Below, piece after piece: positions 48,882 through 60,033 of a DNA stretch of 64,000 bases. The number at the start of each line of letters is the position of its first letter. The stretch's first letter is position 1. The stretch is from Leptolyngbyaceae cyanobacterium. GTDB taxonomy: Bacteria; Cyanobacteriota; Cyanobacteriia; Phormidesmidales; Phormidesmidaceae. Both the position numbers and the translations under genes were made by a program. The notes below the pieces were generated by a model. It was not told where the DNA came from. It saw only the letters and a program-made list of their open reading frames with translations, and did no database searches. The stretch covers positions 126,032 to 190,031 of the forward strand of contig JBHJHA010000011.1 in assembly GCA_050331235.1 (NCBI GenBank), read 5' to 3'.

Positions 48882-49760
48882 ATGCAGAAATCGTTGTGTT
48901 TATTTGGCGCGATCGCGTTTGGCATTGTCTTGCCCCAGGGTCATCACTATGCCTTTTTGATTCGCTACTTCATCATGCTGATTCTGTTTTGCTCACTGCT
49001 GGACTTACAAATTGATGCCAAATCAGCCCTGAATCCACGACTGGGTACCATCATTGCCATGATGATGGCGATCGCGGGCATCACAGCCTGGGTCGGCAAT
49101 TGGTTTAGCACCGATTTAGCCCTGGCGGCTTTTATGATTGCCATGGCTCCTACCGCTGCCGCAGCTCCCGTCATGACCCGTTACCTGGAAGGTCGAGTGG
49201 AGTATGTTATGTCTTCCGTTGTAGTGACCAATAGCTTTTCGGCGGTGGCACTACCGCTTATCTTGCCCCTCTTAAGCCCTGGGGAACAAGCTGGATTCAA
49301 CGTCTCTGGGCTGGCCAACACCCTAATAGTGGTCATGCTGCCCTTGCTCGTGACCCAAGCCCTGCAGAAAGTCTCTCCTGGCTTGGTCAAACAGTTGCTG
49401 GTGCTCAAGGGCGTCGGCTTTTACTTTTGGATGGGAGCCATTTATTTAGCCACTGCCAAAGCAACTTACTTTATTGAAGCGGAATCTAGCTCGTCACTCA
49501 GCATTATTGTTGAAATTGCAGCGCTCTCTTTGCTCCTATGCGCCATCAACTTTGGTCTGGGGCGCTGGCTCGGCGGCTACGACTGGGGGCAGGAGATGGG
49601 GCAATCGCTAGGGCAAAAAAATACGCTATTTAGTATTTGGATTTGCCTGACGTTTCTCACCCCAGAGATTGCTCTGGGACCTATGTTTTATATTGTTTTT
49701 CAAAATCTCTATAACTCTTATCTGCTGGCTCGCCAAGCCCGGTTGCAACAATCGGCCTAG
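48882..49760 (+). CDS. Bile acid:sodium symporter-like membrane transporter
   Basis: About 9 TM segments with APTAAAAPV and SLGQKNT motifs. Confidence 0.8.
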   Translation: MQKSLCLFGAIAFGIVLPQGHHYAFLIRYFIMLILFCSLLDLQIDAKSALNPRLGTIIAMMMAIAGITAWVGNWFSTDLALAAFMIAMAPTAAAAPVMTRYLEGRVEYVMSSVVVTNSFSAVALPLILPLLSPGEQAGFNVSGLANTLIVVMLPLLVTQALQKVSPGLVKQLLVLKGVGFYFWMGAIYLATAKATYFIEAESSSSLSIIVEIAALSLLLCAINFGLGRWLGGYDWGQEMGQSLGQKNTLFSIWICLTFLTPEIALGPMFYIVFQNLYNSYLLARQARLQQSA

Positions 49761-49849
49761 CTCACACTTGAAGCGTGGTTGATTGCGAGGCAAAGGTTTA
49801 AGGCTAGGGCAAGGGTCCCAGGCGTACTACATCAATATATACAACAAGT

Positions 49850-50146
49850 ATGTACTCTCAGATTTACTACATCCTGCGTTCGCGGCAAGACGGGCGACAC
49901 TTGGCAGCCAGACCTGACGGGCCTGACAGTCAGCAAACCTATTTGCTCATATTTCAGGCAGACCACGAAGCACTGTCTTACCTCAGCGTCCACGCCCCAG
50001 ACATGCGCGATCGCTTTTCCATCGAGTCGGTAACGGCCTACCAATTCAAAGACACTTTGAACCATTGGGGATTTGGCGGCATCGGTTTCGTCAATGATCC
50101 CGCCATTCCCAACATCAGTTTTATCGAGCGATCGCAGGTTATGTAG
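49850..50146 (+). CDS. Conserved cyanobacterial hypothetical protein
   Basis: YYILRSRQDG..L, YLLIF...HEALSYL..HA and WGF.GIGFV.DP; overlaps the GH57 gene tail-to-tail by 8 nt. Confidence 0.75.
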   Translation: MYSQIYYILRSRQDGRHLAARPDGPDSQQTYLLIFQADHEALSYLSVHAPDMRDRFSIESVTAYQFKDTLNHWGFGGIGFVNDPAIPNISFIERSQVM

Positions 50147-52754
50147 CGGGACTCAGCAATTTCTGTAGGGCCGGCTCCGGGGCGAGCACTGCCTGGGGAT
50201 CAATCGCCAAGTATTGGGCCAGCTTGAGCAGAGGTTTCAGCATAGCCGTCGCTTGAGTGGGAGGTTGCTGCCGCAAAAATGTCAGCCAACCGGATACCTG
50301 CTGCCAATACAGCTCTTGGGAACGCACGAGGGAAATCCCGCCCAATTTTTGGCCTAGGCAAATCAGCCGACACAGCCAGTCGACATCCTCCAGAAAGTTC
50401 TTCAAGGTTGGATTATCCAGCAGGTGTCGCAGCGATCTCCAGATGAGGCCCTCCAACATGCGCTGGCTCTCAGCACTGGAGCAGTCACATTGAAACTGCT
50501 GCGCTTCTTGGGCAATCGCCTCTAGCTGCACCAAGTGCACCGCTTCATAATGTAGTGGCTCCTGGTGCAAGTCCAGCGTTTCTTGCTCGAGCAGTTGTAG
50601 GCTTTCCCAGGCCCGATGCCGGATGGCCACTTCCGCCGCCACCTGAAGTTCCTGAGGAACAGCCAAGCCATCTCGATGAAACGCTTTGATTAAGCTGTAA
50701 TTATTGCGATAGACCTGGTCATAAAGCTGATCGAGCCGCTGGAGGGTGTCTTGGCTCAGCAAACGCATAATTCGATGGCGCTCCTCCGCAAATAAGGTTT
50801 GCAGATTATAGGTCTGCTCTCCGAAAACCTGACTCATCTTGAGAATCACCTGAGCCGCACTGCCGCTGGCAAACGTCTCCAAAACAGTATCCTTCGCCCG
50901 TTGATAATCAAGGCGGCGACGAAATCCTTGCACACAGCAGTGAAAGTCCCAACCGCCCAGATGCAGTACAACGAAACTCAATACCGAGCGATCGCAGGTG
51001 ACATCAGAGGTGATTTTGAGCCGCCCAAACGCGACGGATAGCGGGCCCATGCGCTGCACCTGATAGTCAAACTGATGAATGGTGTAACTGTAAAGCCGCT
51101 GTTGTGACTGATATGGCGTGAACAGCGAGCTGATGGCGTAGTGAGCCACGACCTGTTCCAGACTAACCTGAGCGGGGATCGCAAGCTGTCGATAAACCCC
51201 AGCCGCATTGCCAAATTGAGGCACGTTGCTGAGACCTGGCTCTAGCTGTTGAATAAACTGAGCCTCTAGTTCTACGCCGCTGACTTCCCCAGCCAGCTCG
51301 ATTGCCCGCGCCGCATACCGCAGGACCTGCGTCCCCTCTGGGCGAGAAACCTCATCAAAGAACCACCCACAGCTGGTATACATCAACAGTGCATGTCGCT
51401 GCATTTCCAATAGCCGCAGGGCTTCAACTTTTTCAGCAGTCGAAAGCGTGTGGGACTGATGGGCTTTGAATAACTGCTGTCGGCTATTGTCAGTGCGCTG
51501 GCGAATCACCGCGACATAAGCATCACGCGCCGCCCATGGATCCTTGAAATATCGACTGCCATACTGCTCAAAAATATCTACCAGTTGATCGCGCAGCCAG
51601 TCTAGGGCATCTCTGAGGGGACGCCGCCACTGCTGATGCCATGTGCCACCCCCACCACAGCCACAGTCGTCCTGCCAGCGATCAACTCCGTGGGAGCAGC
51701 TCCAGGCCGTGACTGGCTTCAGCACCGCTTCCCAGGTCGGCGGATTGCTGTGGAGATAATAGGCAAAATTGGTCACCGTCCAGCCCCAGCGGGGAAACTC
51801 TCGCGTAACGGCATAGGCCAGAGACTTCTCCGCCCCCCCCCGATGGTGGCCAAAGGTTTCTCCGTCAGTGGCAACACCAATAATTTGAGCTGCCCGGTGA
51901 TCCCCCCGAATGGCCTGCCCAACACGCCCTGCAAAATGCTGCGATGAGCCCAAAACATCGTTGAACCCCATGTCGCGGGAAATCGGGCCGTCATAGAAAA
52001 AGATATCGATGTAGCGCTGCGTGCCATCTGCCCAACGACTCGGCAGATAACAGCGATAGGGGCGATTGGGATCAACCTGCCCACCTCCCACCTCATACCA
52101 GTCCGGGTAGGGATTATCCGCCGTAGGGATCGGCCGACATCGCTGGACTTGAGAGGGGGCCAAAATCGTAAATTTGAAGCCTTCGTCCACTAAAGCTTCG
52201 AGGGTCGGGTAATCGACGGCTGTTTCCGCTAACCAGATGCCCTCCGGTTCCCGACCAAAGCGCGCTTTAAAGTCAGCTTTACCCCAACGAACTTGAGTGC
52301 GCTTGTCGCGATCGCTGGCCAGCGGCAAAATGATGTGGTTATACACCTGGGCGATCGCATTGCCGTGCCCAGCTAGTCGTTCACAGCTTTCGCGATCGGC
52401 CTCTAAAATCCGGCGATAGGTTTCGGGATCATATTGCTCTAACCAACTCATCAGCGTTGGCCCGATATTAAAGCTGATGTGGGCAAAGTTATTCACAATG
52501 TCTATCACTTCGCCTCGCTCATTCAAAATGCGGGCGTAGGCATTAGGGCGATAGCACTCATAGTGGATGCGCTCATTCCAATCATGGAACGGAGCTGCAC
52601 TTGGCTGACATTCAATGGCACCTAGATAGGGATTTTCGCGGGGCGGCTGATAGAAATGTCCGTGAATACAAACGCAGACGCCCGTAGCAAGCTGGGGATC
52701 AACGGTTTGGCTTGTGACCGAAGCCGCCGGCAGTGATGTGCGAATATCGCTCAT
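50139..52754 (-). CDS. GH57-type glycoside hydrolase with DUF3536
   Basis: HGHFYQPPRENP, YNHIILPLA, GIWLAETA, ATDGETFGHH, AWSCSHGVDRW and MYTSCGWFFDE. Confidence 0.93.
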   Translation of the reverse strand: MSDIRTSLPAASVTSQTVDPQLATGVCVCIHGHFYQPPRENPYLGAIECQPSAAPFHDWNERIHYECYRPNAYARILNERGEVIDIVNNFAHISFNIGPTLMSWLEQYDPETYRRILEADRESCERLAGHGNAIAQVYNHIILPLASDRDKRTQVRWGKADFKARFGREPEGIWLAETAVDYPTLEALVDEGFKFTILAPSQVQRCRPIPTADNPYPDWYEVGGGQVDPNRPYRCYLPSRWADGTQRYIDIFFYDGPISRDMGFNDVLGSSQHFAGRVGQAIRGDHRAAQIIGVATDGETFGHHRGGAEKSLAYAVTREFPRWGWTVTNFAYYLHSNPPTWEAVLKPVTAWSCSHGVDRWQDDCGCGGGGTWHQQWRRPLRDALDWLRDQLVDIFEQYGSRYFKDPWAARDAYVAVIRQRTDNSRQQLFKAHQSHTLSTAEKVEALRLLEMQRHALLMYTSCGWFFDEVSRPEGTQVLRYAARAIELAGEVSGVELEAQFIQQLEPGLSNVPQFGNAAGVYRQLAIPAQVSLEQVVAHYAISSLFTPYQSQQRLYSYTIHQFDYQVQRMGPLSVAFGRLKITSDVTCDRSVLSFVVLHLGGWDFHCCVQGFRRRLDYQRAKDTVLETFASGSAAQVILKMSQVFGEQTYNLQTLFAEERHRIMRLLSQDTLQRLDQLYDQVYRNNYSLIKAFHRDGLAVPQELQVAAEVAIRHRAWESLQLLEQETLDLHQEPLHYEAVHLVQLEAIAQEAQQFQCDCSSAESQRMLEGLIWRSLRHLLDNPTLKNFLEDVDWLCRLICLGQKLGGISLVRSQELYWQQVSGWLTFLRQQPPTQATAMLKPLLKLAQYLAIDPQAVLAPEPALQKLLSPAT

Positions 52755-53450
52755 AGAGATGAAATGGCACTGGGGATCAGTGGCAATAGTTGGGTCAGGG
52801 TAGAAAAATATTGATCAGCCACTTTGCACGTGGCGAGTTATTCAAAAAATTAAAAGCTGTAAAAGCTGAATGAGGATGTAACTTCTGGATCGAATGAGTA
52901 GACTTTATCGGCCGGCTATGTGGGCAGTTCCCACAGCGGCGGCATTCACCAGAATCAAAACCTGTACATACTGCAACTAGCATGACGGAAGTTTGACTCA
53001 TTGGTCACTTTCATCACATTCTGTAAACTCCTAGAGTCGTGGGCAAGCAGCCGCTTCGAAGCCTCCCATACCTCGCAATATTTTTACTCTCCACTGATGG
53101 GAGCATTGATTCATAGGGATTTCACCGACATACAGGAGCCGCCTCCGAGCCCCAGACACCTTGCCAGAGGAACTGAGTGATGAGTCTTTTGGTTAGGCTT
53201 TCATGAACCTTTTAAGTTTTTTATCGTGCTCGGGGAATAAAACAATTGCCATTCGTGCCCAGTCCTCAGCGTCTAATCATGGTCATTTTTCCAGACTAGT
53301 CCCATGGTTGTTTAATCCCATTTGGGATCGTCAACTGATGGCCGAGGCTTTGCTAAAAATTTACTGGTGAAGTGTTTAGAACGGCGGAAATTTGAGAACA
53401 CTAGGCACGAGCACACATTATTGATCCGGGAATAGTAGCCCGTACCTTTT

Positions 53451-54446
53451 ATGATGCAGTGGCCCTCAATTAGCATTATCGTGCCGACTTATCAGCGTGA
53501 AGAGGTCTTGTGCAGCACGATCGCTGATGCTTTAAAGCAAGACTATCCTGATTTCGAAGTGATTGTGGTCGACCAAACTCAAGACCACAACCCCGAAACT
53601 CAGGCCTACCTAAAGTCGGTCGCCGATAGCGATCAAATTCAGTATTACCAGCTGGACTGGGCAAGTTTACCTGGAGCTCGCAACTATGGCGTTGAGCGAT
53701 CGCGGGGGGACATTATTCTCTTCATCGATGATGATGTAGAGCTGTCCGCCGGCTACCTCCAATCCCACGCGAAGGTCTTTGTTGAGCAAGAAAAAGTGGG
53801 GGCTGTAGCCGGGCGTGTCTTTGACCGGATGAAGCTGGCAGATGATCCCAACCTCTCGATTGATTATTTACCGTCTGAAGCCATGGATCCTGGGATCGCC
53901 TGGTATCACATTGATCTGGTGCACACCACGCAACCGCAACAGGTCATTAGCGCCCGGGGCTGCAACATGTCATTTCGCCGTGAAATTTTCACCAAACACG
54001 GCCTGCGGTTTGACGAACGCTTTCGAGGTAACGCTGTTAGGGAAGAGTCAGACTTTTGTCTCCGCCTGCGGCAAACCGGCTACATCATTTGGTACTCCCC
54101 CGAGGCCAACTTAATTCATATTGGCGAGGAGTCCGGCGGCTGCCACGATATCAGCACGCGATCGCTGTCCTACCAAATCACCTTTTATCACAATCACTTT
54201 TTGATGGGGCTGAAAAACCTTAGCTTCGTTCAAAGTCTGCGCCTCTATGCCAAACTGTTTGACTGCCATGTGTTGGGCCATCCTCCCTGCAACAAAAGCG
54301 GCTCTCCGATCAAAGTGGTCACTCGGTTTGGGTTTTACTGTTTGGGCTTCCTGGATGCGGTCGGCACTTTGATCAAAACCGGCAAACGCCATCGCGTTTA
54401 CACGACCCCTTCTGATACCGCCATGTCCCTGTCTGCTCAATATTGA
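53451..54446 (+). CDS. hpsN: GT2 glycosyltransferase, HpsN-like
   Basis: IIVPTYQRE, VVDQT, FIDDD, ARGCNMSFRR and AVREESD; first gene of the hpsN-O-P triplet. Confidence 0.8.
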   Translation: MMQWPSISIIVPTYQREEVLCSTIADALKQDYPDFEVIVVDQTQDHNPETQAYLKSVADSDQIQYYQLDWASLPGARNYGVERSRGDIILFIDDDVELSAGYLQSHAKVFVEQEKVGAVAGRVFDRMKLADDPNLSIDYLPSEAMDPGIAWYHIDLVHTTQPQQVISARGCNMSFRREIFTKHGLRFDERFRGNAVREESDFCLRLRQTGYIIWYSPEANLIHIGEESGGCHDISTRSLSYQITFYHNHFLMGLKNLSFVQSLRLYAKLFDCHVLGHPPCNKSGSPIKVVTRFGFYCLGFLDAVGTLIKTGKRHRVYTTPSDTAMSLSAQY

Positions 54447-54475
54447 TTTGCCTGCTCACCAAGGACACATAGCCC

Positions 54476-55651
54476 ATGAGAGTTTTGGTTGCGAGCCATA
54501 CCTACATCGTTGATCTGAACTGCGAAAAATTTCGGACTTTAGCCCAGCTAGAGCCCGATCTCGAGGTCACCATTGTCATTCCCCAACGGTGGAAACCGGG
54601 CGGTGTACAACACCGCATTGTTGAAAGACAGGCCTGGCAAGATGGCCGCTTTCGCGTGATCCCCATCGCTAACTTGAGTCAAAACAACCAAGGCATGCTG
54701 ACCTTTGGCCTGGAACTGGTCAAACTTTTACGGGATTTTCGGCCTCACGTTATCCAAGTAGAGCAGGGCTCGAAAGGGCTGGCCTATACCGAAATGATCA
54801 CCCTGAATCGGCTCCTGGGACTCAATGCCAAAATGCTTTTCTTTACCTGGTGGAACTTGCCCTACGAGTTGAAGTTTCCCATTTCCCTATTGGAAAAGTA
54901 CAACCTGGCAGGCACCCACGGCATAATTTCGGGTAACCAGGATGGAGCCGATATCCTGCGTGATCGCGGCTACGCCGGCCCGATTCGAGTCATGCCCCAG
55001 TTGGGCGTTGATGAAACCCTCTTTCGCCCCCAACCTCAGCCGGAATTGGCGGAGTCGGTCGGGATCGCTCCAGAAGATTTTGTGATTGGCTTTGTGGGTC
55101 GCTTTGTCGAAGAAAAAGGTCTGCTCACTCTTATGCAAGCGCTCGAGCAGTTACAAGATCATTCCCATCCCTGGAAATGCTTGCTGCTAGGGCGAGGTCC
55201 CCTGAAAGCAGACTTGCAACAGCAAGCTGTGGCTGCTGGGATCAGCGATCGCCTGCACTGGGTAGAGAGTGTGCCCCACGACGATGTGCCCCGCTACATC
55301 AATCTCATGTCGACGCTGATCTTGCCATCGGAAACTACCTACAAGTTCAAGACAATGACTTCGGTCGGCTGGAAAGAGCAGTTCGGCCACGTGCTGATCG
55401 AAGCAATGGCCTGCCAGGTACCTGTCATTGGCTCCGATTCAGGAGAGATCCCTCACGTCATTGGCGAAGCGGGTTTGATCTTTCCAGAAGGCAAGGCTGA
55501 CGCATTGGCAAACTGCATCCGCACACTGATGGAGTCTCCCGAGACCCAGACTGAGCTCAGTAAGCGGGGCTATGACAAAGCGATGGAGCAATACACCAAC
55601 CGCGCCCTTGCCCAGCAGGTTTTGGCCTTTTATCAGGAACTGGTGGCATGA
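54476..55651 (+). CDS. hpsO: GT4 glycosyltransferase, HpsO-like
   Basis: LVASHTYIVDLN, FFTWWN, GFVGRFVEEKG and WKEQFGHVLIEAMAC. Confidence 0.82.
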   Translation: MRVLVASHTYIVDLNCEKFRTLAQLEPDLEVTIVIPQRWKPGGVQHRIVERQAWQDGRFRVIPIANLSQNNQGMLTFGLELVKLLRDFRPHVIQVEQGSKGLAYTEMITLNRLLGLNAKMLFFTWWNLPYELKFPISLLEKYNLAGTHGIISGNQDGADILRDRGYAGPIRVMPQLGVDETLFRPQPQPELAESVGIAPEDFVIGFVGRFVEEKGLLTLMQALEQLQDHSHPWKCLLLGRGPLKADLQQQAVAAGISDRLHWVESVPHDDVPRYINLMSTLILPSETTYKFKTMTSVGWKEQFGHVLIEAMACQVPVIGSDSGEIPHVIGEAGLIFPEGKADALANCIRTLMESPETQTELSKRGYDKAMEQYTNRALAQQVLAFYQELVA

Positions 55652-56837
55652 CTCAGCCCTTAAAGGTGTTACAGATCGTGCCGTCCATTTCTTTGGTCTA
55701 CGGGGGGCCAAGTCAGATGGTGCGAGGCTTTTCCCAGGCGTTAGCAGCAGCCGGAGCCGAGGTCACAATCCTCACGACTGACTCTAATGGTGATGTGGAC
55801 GAAGCACCCTTAGATGTGCCGTTGGGGCAGCCAGTCAAAGAGGAGAACTATCAGGTTTACTATTTTCGCTGTGCGCCCTTTCGCCGCTACAAATTTTCAA
55901 TCGACCTGCTGCGCTGGCTATGGCACCATGCCCAGGACTACGACATTGTCCACATCCACGCTTTATTTTCGCCGGTAAGTTCCCTCGCTGCAACTATCCT
56001 GCGGCAGCGGCGCGTGTCCTATCTCATGCGTCCCCTAGGAACGCTTGATCCCGCCGATTTGCGTAAAAAGAAGCAGCTCAAGCGCCTCTATGCCGCTATA
56101 CTGGAACGTCCAAATCTAGAGGGCGCAGCGGCGATTCATTTCACGAGCGAGCAGGAAGCCAAGATCTCTGAGCGCTTTGGACAGACACCCCTGGTGTGGT
56201 TCTTCCGTTGGGGGTAATGCCGCCACCGCCCGCGGCCCAAGCGATCGATATCTACGATAGCTTCACCATTCCCCGCGATCGCCCCATCATTCTTTTTATG
56301 TCCCGACTTGATCCTAAAAAGGGGATCGATTTGCTATTGCCGGCGCTAGAGACCCTGCAACAGTCTCACGTGGATTTTCATCTGGTGATTTGTGGCGCGA
56401 ATCCCCAGGATCGGGAGTACGAGCGATCAATCTATCAGCGGGTCGAGAGTTCGACACTGCGATCCCAGGTCACCCTCACTGGCTTTGTTGCAGGTGACCT
56501 GAAAGCGGCCCTCATCAAAACCGCCAATTTGTTTGTCTTGCCGTCCTATTACGAAAACTTTGGCATTGCTGTGGCAGAGGCCATGTTGGCGGGGCTACCC
56601 GTCGTCATCTCTGATCAGGTACACATTTGGCAAACGATTCAGCAGACTGAATCGGGTTGGATTTGCAACTGTAGCGTTAACTCGCTGACCCAGCAACTGC
56701 ATATGGCATTACAGTCGGCCGAAGAACGACAGCAGCGGGGGGACAATGCCCAGCGTTGCGCCAAGGAACACTACAGCTGGGAGGCTATTGCCGAGCAAGC
56801 GATCGCGATTTACCAAGACATCAGGCAAGCTGGATAA
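55648..56837 (+). pseudogene. hpsP: GT4 glycosyltransferase, HpsP-like, split by a 1-nt frameshift near 56180
   Basis: N-half 55648-56217 (LQIVPSISLVYGGPSQMV) and C-half 56196-56837 (FMSRLDPKKG, YENFGIAVAEAM) join into one GT4 if one base is added at TTTGG^ACAGAC. Confidence 0.8.
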
Positions 56838-56863
56838 GTGAGTGATGGATACAATAGCTCAGT

Positions 56864-59203
56864 TCACGAGTCTACGGCGCTGTCGTCCATGAGTCCCAGC
56901 GTCTGTTCCAAAATATTGACCGGCACCTCATAGAAATACTGCTGGCGAAAGCGTTCTTCTTGTACCACTGTCAAAAAATTCTGGGCAATGCGATCGTACA
57001 TAGCTGTGGATGACACCGTCGGCGAGGCGGTCACACTAATCTGTGCGTTACGCTGCTGCACTCCACAGCCCAGCTTTTGCAATGCCGCCAAAGCAGCCTG
57101 TAGCGTGCGATCGCTGAGTCCTAACTTGTCTTTAAGGACTGACGTCGGGCGACTTTGGCCAGAGCGAGCGAGATATTTGGCAATACCCAGTAGTTGCTGC
57201 CACTGCTGCTCAGGCGCGAATGGTGTGGGAGGTGGATAGGCCAGAGTCACCATTTCCCTTTCCGCTCGATAGGTCGAAAAGTCTGACCAGTCAGTGGGGC
57301 AATCTAGCATCGCGGGAGGGGAGAATGAGCCGGTCACCTCAGCCCGGCGATCAACTAAAAGCTGACGGGGGGAACTGATGGCTGGGCTCGATCCCGTAGT
57401 GGGGCAGAGATCAATCAGGCGAACCTCGTAACGTTTTTTGTAGGTGTTGACATCTAGTTCCACCACGATATCGTAAACGCCTTCAGGTAGATCGGCGCGC
57501 CGATGCCCCCACCAGTGCCCAGGAAAAGTCGCCTGTGTTTGGGGATCGACGATGTCGAAGCTGAGTTTGTGATAGCGCTGTTTGCCCCCGCGGCGATCCG
57601 TCAGGGTCTCTTGCCAAACGTTGGCGATCGCAATTCCAGTCAGCCGTAATTTAGGAATGGGGTTGCCCATGCCATAGGGTTCCAATACTTTCAGGGCCCG
57701 AAATAAGTCTCGGCCCAAATCCGCGACTTTCACTGTACTGTCAACAGCTAACGCTGGTTTTTGGGTCAAATCGGCTGTGGGTAAATGCGATCGCACAGCT
57801 CGATTTAAACCATCTGCTAGCAATGATAGGTTGTCCACTGGCAGGGTCATGCCCGCCGCGAACGGATGTCCACCAAAGCTCGTTAACAAATGGGACTGGG
57901 CCTTGACCAGCTCATACAAATCGATTTGGTGAACAGACCGAGCTGATCCTCGAGCCATCAACGGTTGACCAGAGACAGCCGTGGTTTCAGTCTGAAATAA
58001 AATGGTCGGACGATCATATTCTTGGGCAATTTGGCTGGCGACTAATCCCAGTACCCCTGGCGACCACTGGGGATCACTGAGCAAAATCACCTGCGTCGTG
58101 CTGAGGTCAAGGGCAGCCAACTTGGCTGCGGCTTGCTGGGCAACCGAGGCCTGTAGCGCTTTGCGACGAGTGTTGGCTAATTCGGCTTCCAGCGCTAAGG
58201 CCTCGGCGCGAGAGCGGTCGCGGCTGGTGAGTAACTCGACGCCAAAGCCAGCATCGCCATGGATTCGGCTCACCGCATTAATTCGGGGTCCTAAGCCAAA
58301 AGCCACATCAGAAGGGCGATCGCCGCGACGCTTACACAGCTCCAACAGTTTAGTGATCCCCGGTCGCACCCCTGCCTTGGCCTGAGCTTCTAGGGTTTGC
58401 AGCCCTTTCTGGGTTAAGTAGCGACAGTCACCTCGCAGGGCTACTAAGTCGGCGATCAGCCCGATAGCAACTAAATCTAGTAGGGTTTCAAGGGATTGTT
58501 GGGGCACCTGGGGCAGTCGGTCATACAAGGCTTCGATCAGTTTGTAGGCAACCGCGACGCCCGAAAGCTCCCGCAGGGGATGGTCAACTGCGAGCTGGCG
58601 TGGATTAATGAGCGCGACCACGGGGGGACGACGCTCAGCTAGCGTGTGGTGATCCGTCACAATCACCTCCATCCCCATAGTTGCGGCATAGAGTAGTTCA
58701 GCCGTAGCGGTGCTGCCGGTGTCACAGGTAATAATCAGGTTGCATCCCCACGCCGCCAAGCTTTCCAAGCCACTCAGCGACAGTCCATGGGATTCTGTAA
58801 ATCGATTGGGAATATAGTAACGGAGACGTTCAGTCGGGGAAAAAAACTGTCCTAGCCCCTCCCATAACACCGCCGTTGCAGTCAAGCCATCGGCATCGAA
58901 GTCTCCCCAAATTGCCACTTTTTCGGTGTTGGCATAGGCTGCGCTCAGGCGCGCGATCGCTTGGTCCATCTCCGCCCCAAAGGCAAAAGGAGAGGTGGGT
59001 TGATAGTCATCGACATTGAGGCCACCACGAATTGCTGATAGTTCTCGCCAGCCCCGTTTCCACAGCAATTGGGCGATTAGAGGAGCATACTTCTCAGTCT
59101 TGCCTGCCGCAGCAACCCATTGAGTGACCTGCTGTTGCCAGCTATCGGGGGGCACAAGATGGGCCATTTGCCACTGAAAGCGAGGATAGATTGTCTCAGC
59201 CAT
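56864..59203 (-). CDS. recJ: Single-stranded-DNA exonuclease RecJ (DHH family)
   Basis: WGDFDADG, ITCDTG, VTDHH, GPRINA, RGSARS, GGHPFAAG and LEPYGMGNP. Confidence 0.92.
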   Translation of the reverse strand: MAETIYPRFQWQMAHLVPPDSWQQQVTQWVAAAGKTEKYAPLIAQLLWKRGWRELSAIRGGLNVDDYQPTSPFAFGAEMDQAIARLSAAYANTEKVAIWGDFDADGLTATAVLWEGLGQFFSPTERLRYYIPNRFTESHGLSLSGLESLAAWGCNLIITCDTGSTATAELLYAATMGMEVIVTDHHTLAERRPPVVALINPRQLAVDHPLRELSGVAVAYKLIEALYDRLPQVPQQSLETLLDLVAIGLIADLVALRGDCRYLTQKGLQTLEAQAKAGVRPGITKLLELCKRRGDRPSDVAFGLGPRINAVSRIHGDAGFGVELLTSRDRSRAEALALEAELANTRRKALQASVAQQAAAKLAALDLSTTQVILLSDPQWSPGVLGLVASQIAQEYDRPTILFQTETTAVSGQPLMARGSARSVHQIDLYELVKAQSHLLTSFGGHPFAAGMTLPVDNLSLLADGLNRAVRSHLPTADLTQKPALAVDSTVKVADLGRDLFRALKVLEPYGMGNPIPKLRLTGIAIANVWQETLTDRRGGKQRYHKLSFDIVDPQTQATFPGHWWGHRRADLPEGVYDIVVELDVNTYKKRYEVRLIDLCPTTGSSPAISSPRQLLVDRRAEVTGSFSPPAMLDCPTDWSDFSTYRAEREMVTLAYPPPTPFAPEQQWQQLLGIAKYLARSGQSRPTSVLKDKLGLSDRTLQAALAALQKLGCGVQQRNAQISVTASPTVSSTAMYDRIAQNFLTVVQEERFRQQYFYEVPVNILEQTLGLMDDSAVDS

Positions 59204-59561
59204 CGATTCTCTCTCGCCGCTCAAAAATCAGCCAATTCATGACTGGCTACAACTTGATGGACTGACCATTGGCCCATCATTTAGTTGCGGCGGATCATGA
59301 TGCTTACACCTTGCCACATTAGCCAGTAAACGCAATTTTTGACTAAGCTCAAACAACCGTAAAGATGTCAAGGATTTTGCCGGTTTTTGGCTCTCGGCAT
59401 TTAAACTAAAAGAAGTCGTTTATTGAGTTACTCCAACCATCTGCTAAAGTTGCCCAATCATCTTTTGACGTTTGCCCAATCAGGCGATCGCCAACACGCT
59501 CGTGGGCATCTGTCCTAAAACTAAAGCCCGTTTGAATGTCATTATTGAGGAGTACTGTTTC

Positions 59562-59876
59562 ATGCTTCACCGCAAGATTTATCAACTTTGCTGTGAGGGT
59601 AAAGAAGTCTGGATTTTCTTACGGGATCAGCAGCGCTGGCTCGAGCGCGCCACTATTTTAGACATCGAAGGTGACCTCGTAACCGTGCGCTACGAAACCG
59701 ACGAAGAAGATGAAATTTGCTCCTGGGAAGAGCTCATTCGCTTAGAAAGCATCGGTTCCATCATGCAGCGATTAGCCACTGTTCCCCGTGGAGAATTTGA
59801 TTTTCCAGTGGCTGAAGACTGCCCCGATACCGAACAACTTCCTGACCCTCGTCACCGCGAATCTAATCCCGATTAA
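59562..59876 (+). CDS. Conserved cyanobacterial protein (DUF6679-like)
   Basis: MLHRKIYQLC..G.EVWIFLRDQQRW...SWEELIRLESIG; GAGGAG upstream of the ATG at 59562. Confidence 0.8.
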   Translation: MLHRKIYQLCCEGKEVWIFLRDQQRWLERATILDIEGDLVTVRYETDEEDEICSWEELIRLESIGSIMQRLATVPRGEFDFPVAEDCPDTEQLPDPRHRESNPD

Positions 59877-59903
59877 TCCTGCGGTGGCATTGGAATTCTC
59901 GTC

Positions 59904-59950
59904 AAAGCCTATGCTAGCGTCCCCATCGCGATCGCCAGCATAGGCTTTTT
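59904..59950. terminator. Probable bidirectional intrinsic terminator
   Basis: AAAGCCTATGCT ... AGCATAGGCTTT perfect 12-bp inverted repeat ending in a T run, between convergent genes. Confidence 0.75.
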
Positions 59951-60033
59951 GTCTTTATCGCCGATTTGATAAAGACTTAGAAACTCAGCCAGGGACTGCC
60001 CCCATGCTTACGGCAAACCGCCCTACGCTGCCA

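Noticed and set aside
52795..53001. 68-aa Cys-containing ORF between the GH57 gene and hpsN
   Set aside because: No clear ribosome-binding site or family resemblance; lies in a divergent promoter region.
53428..53436. GGGAATAGT as a SigJ-type promoter for hpsN
   Set aside because: One mismatch to the consensus as I recall it and very close to the start codon; cannot be supported without TSS data.
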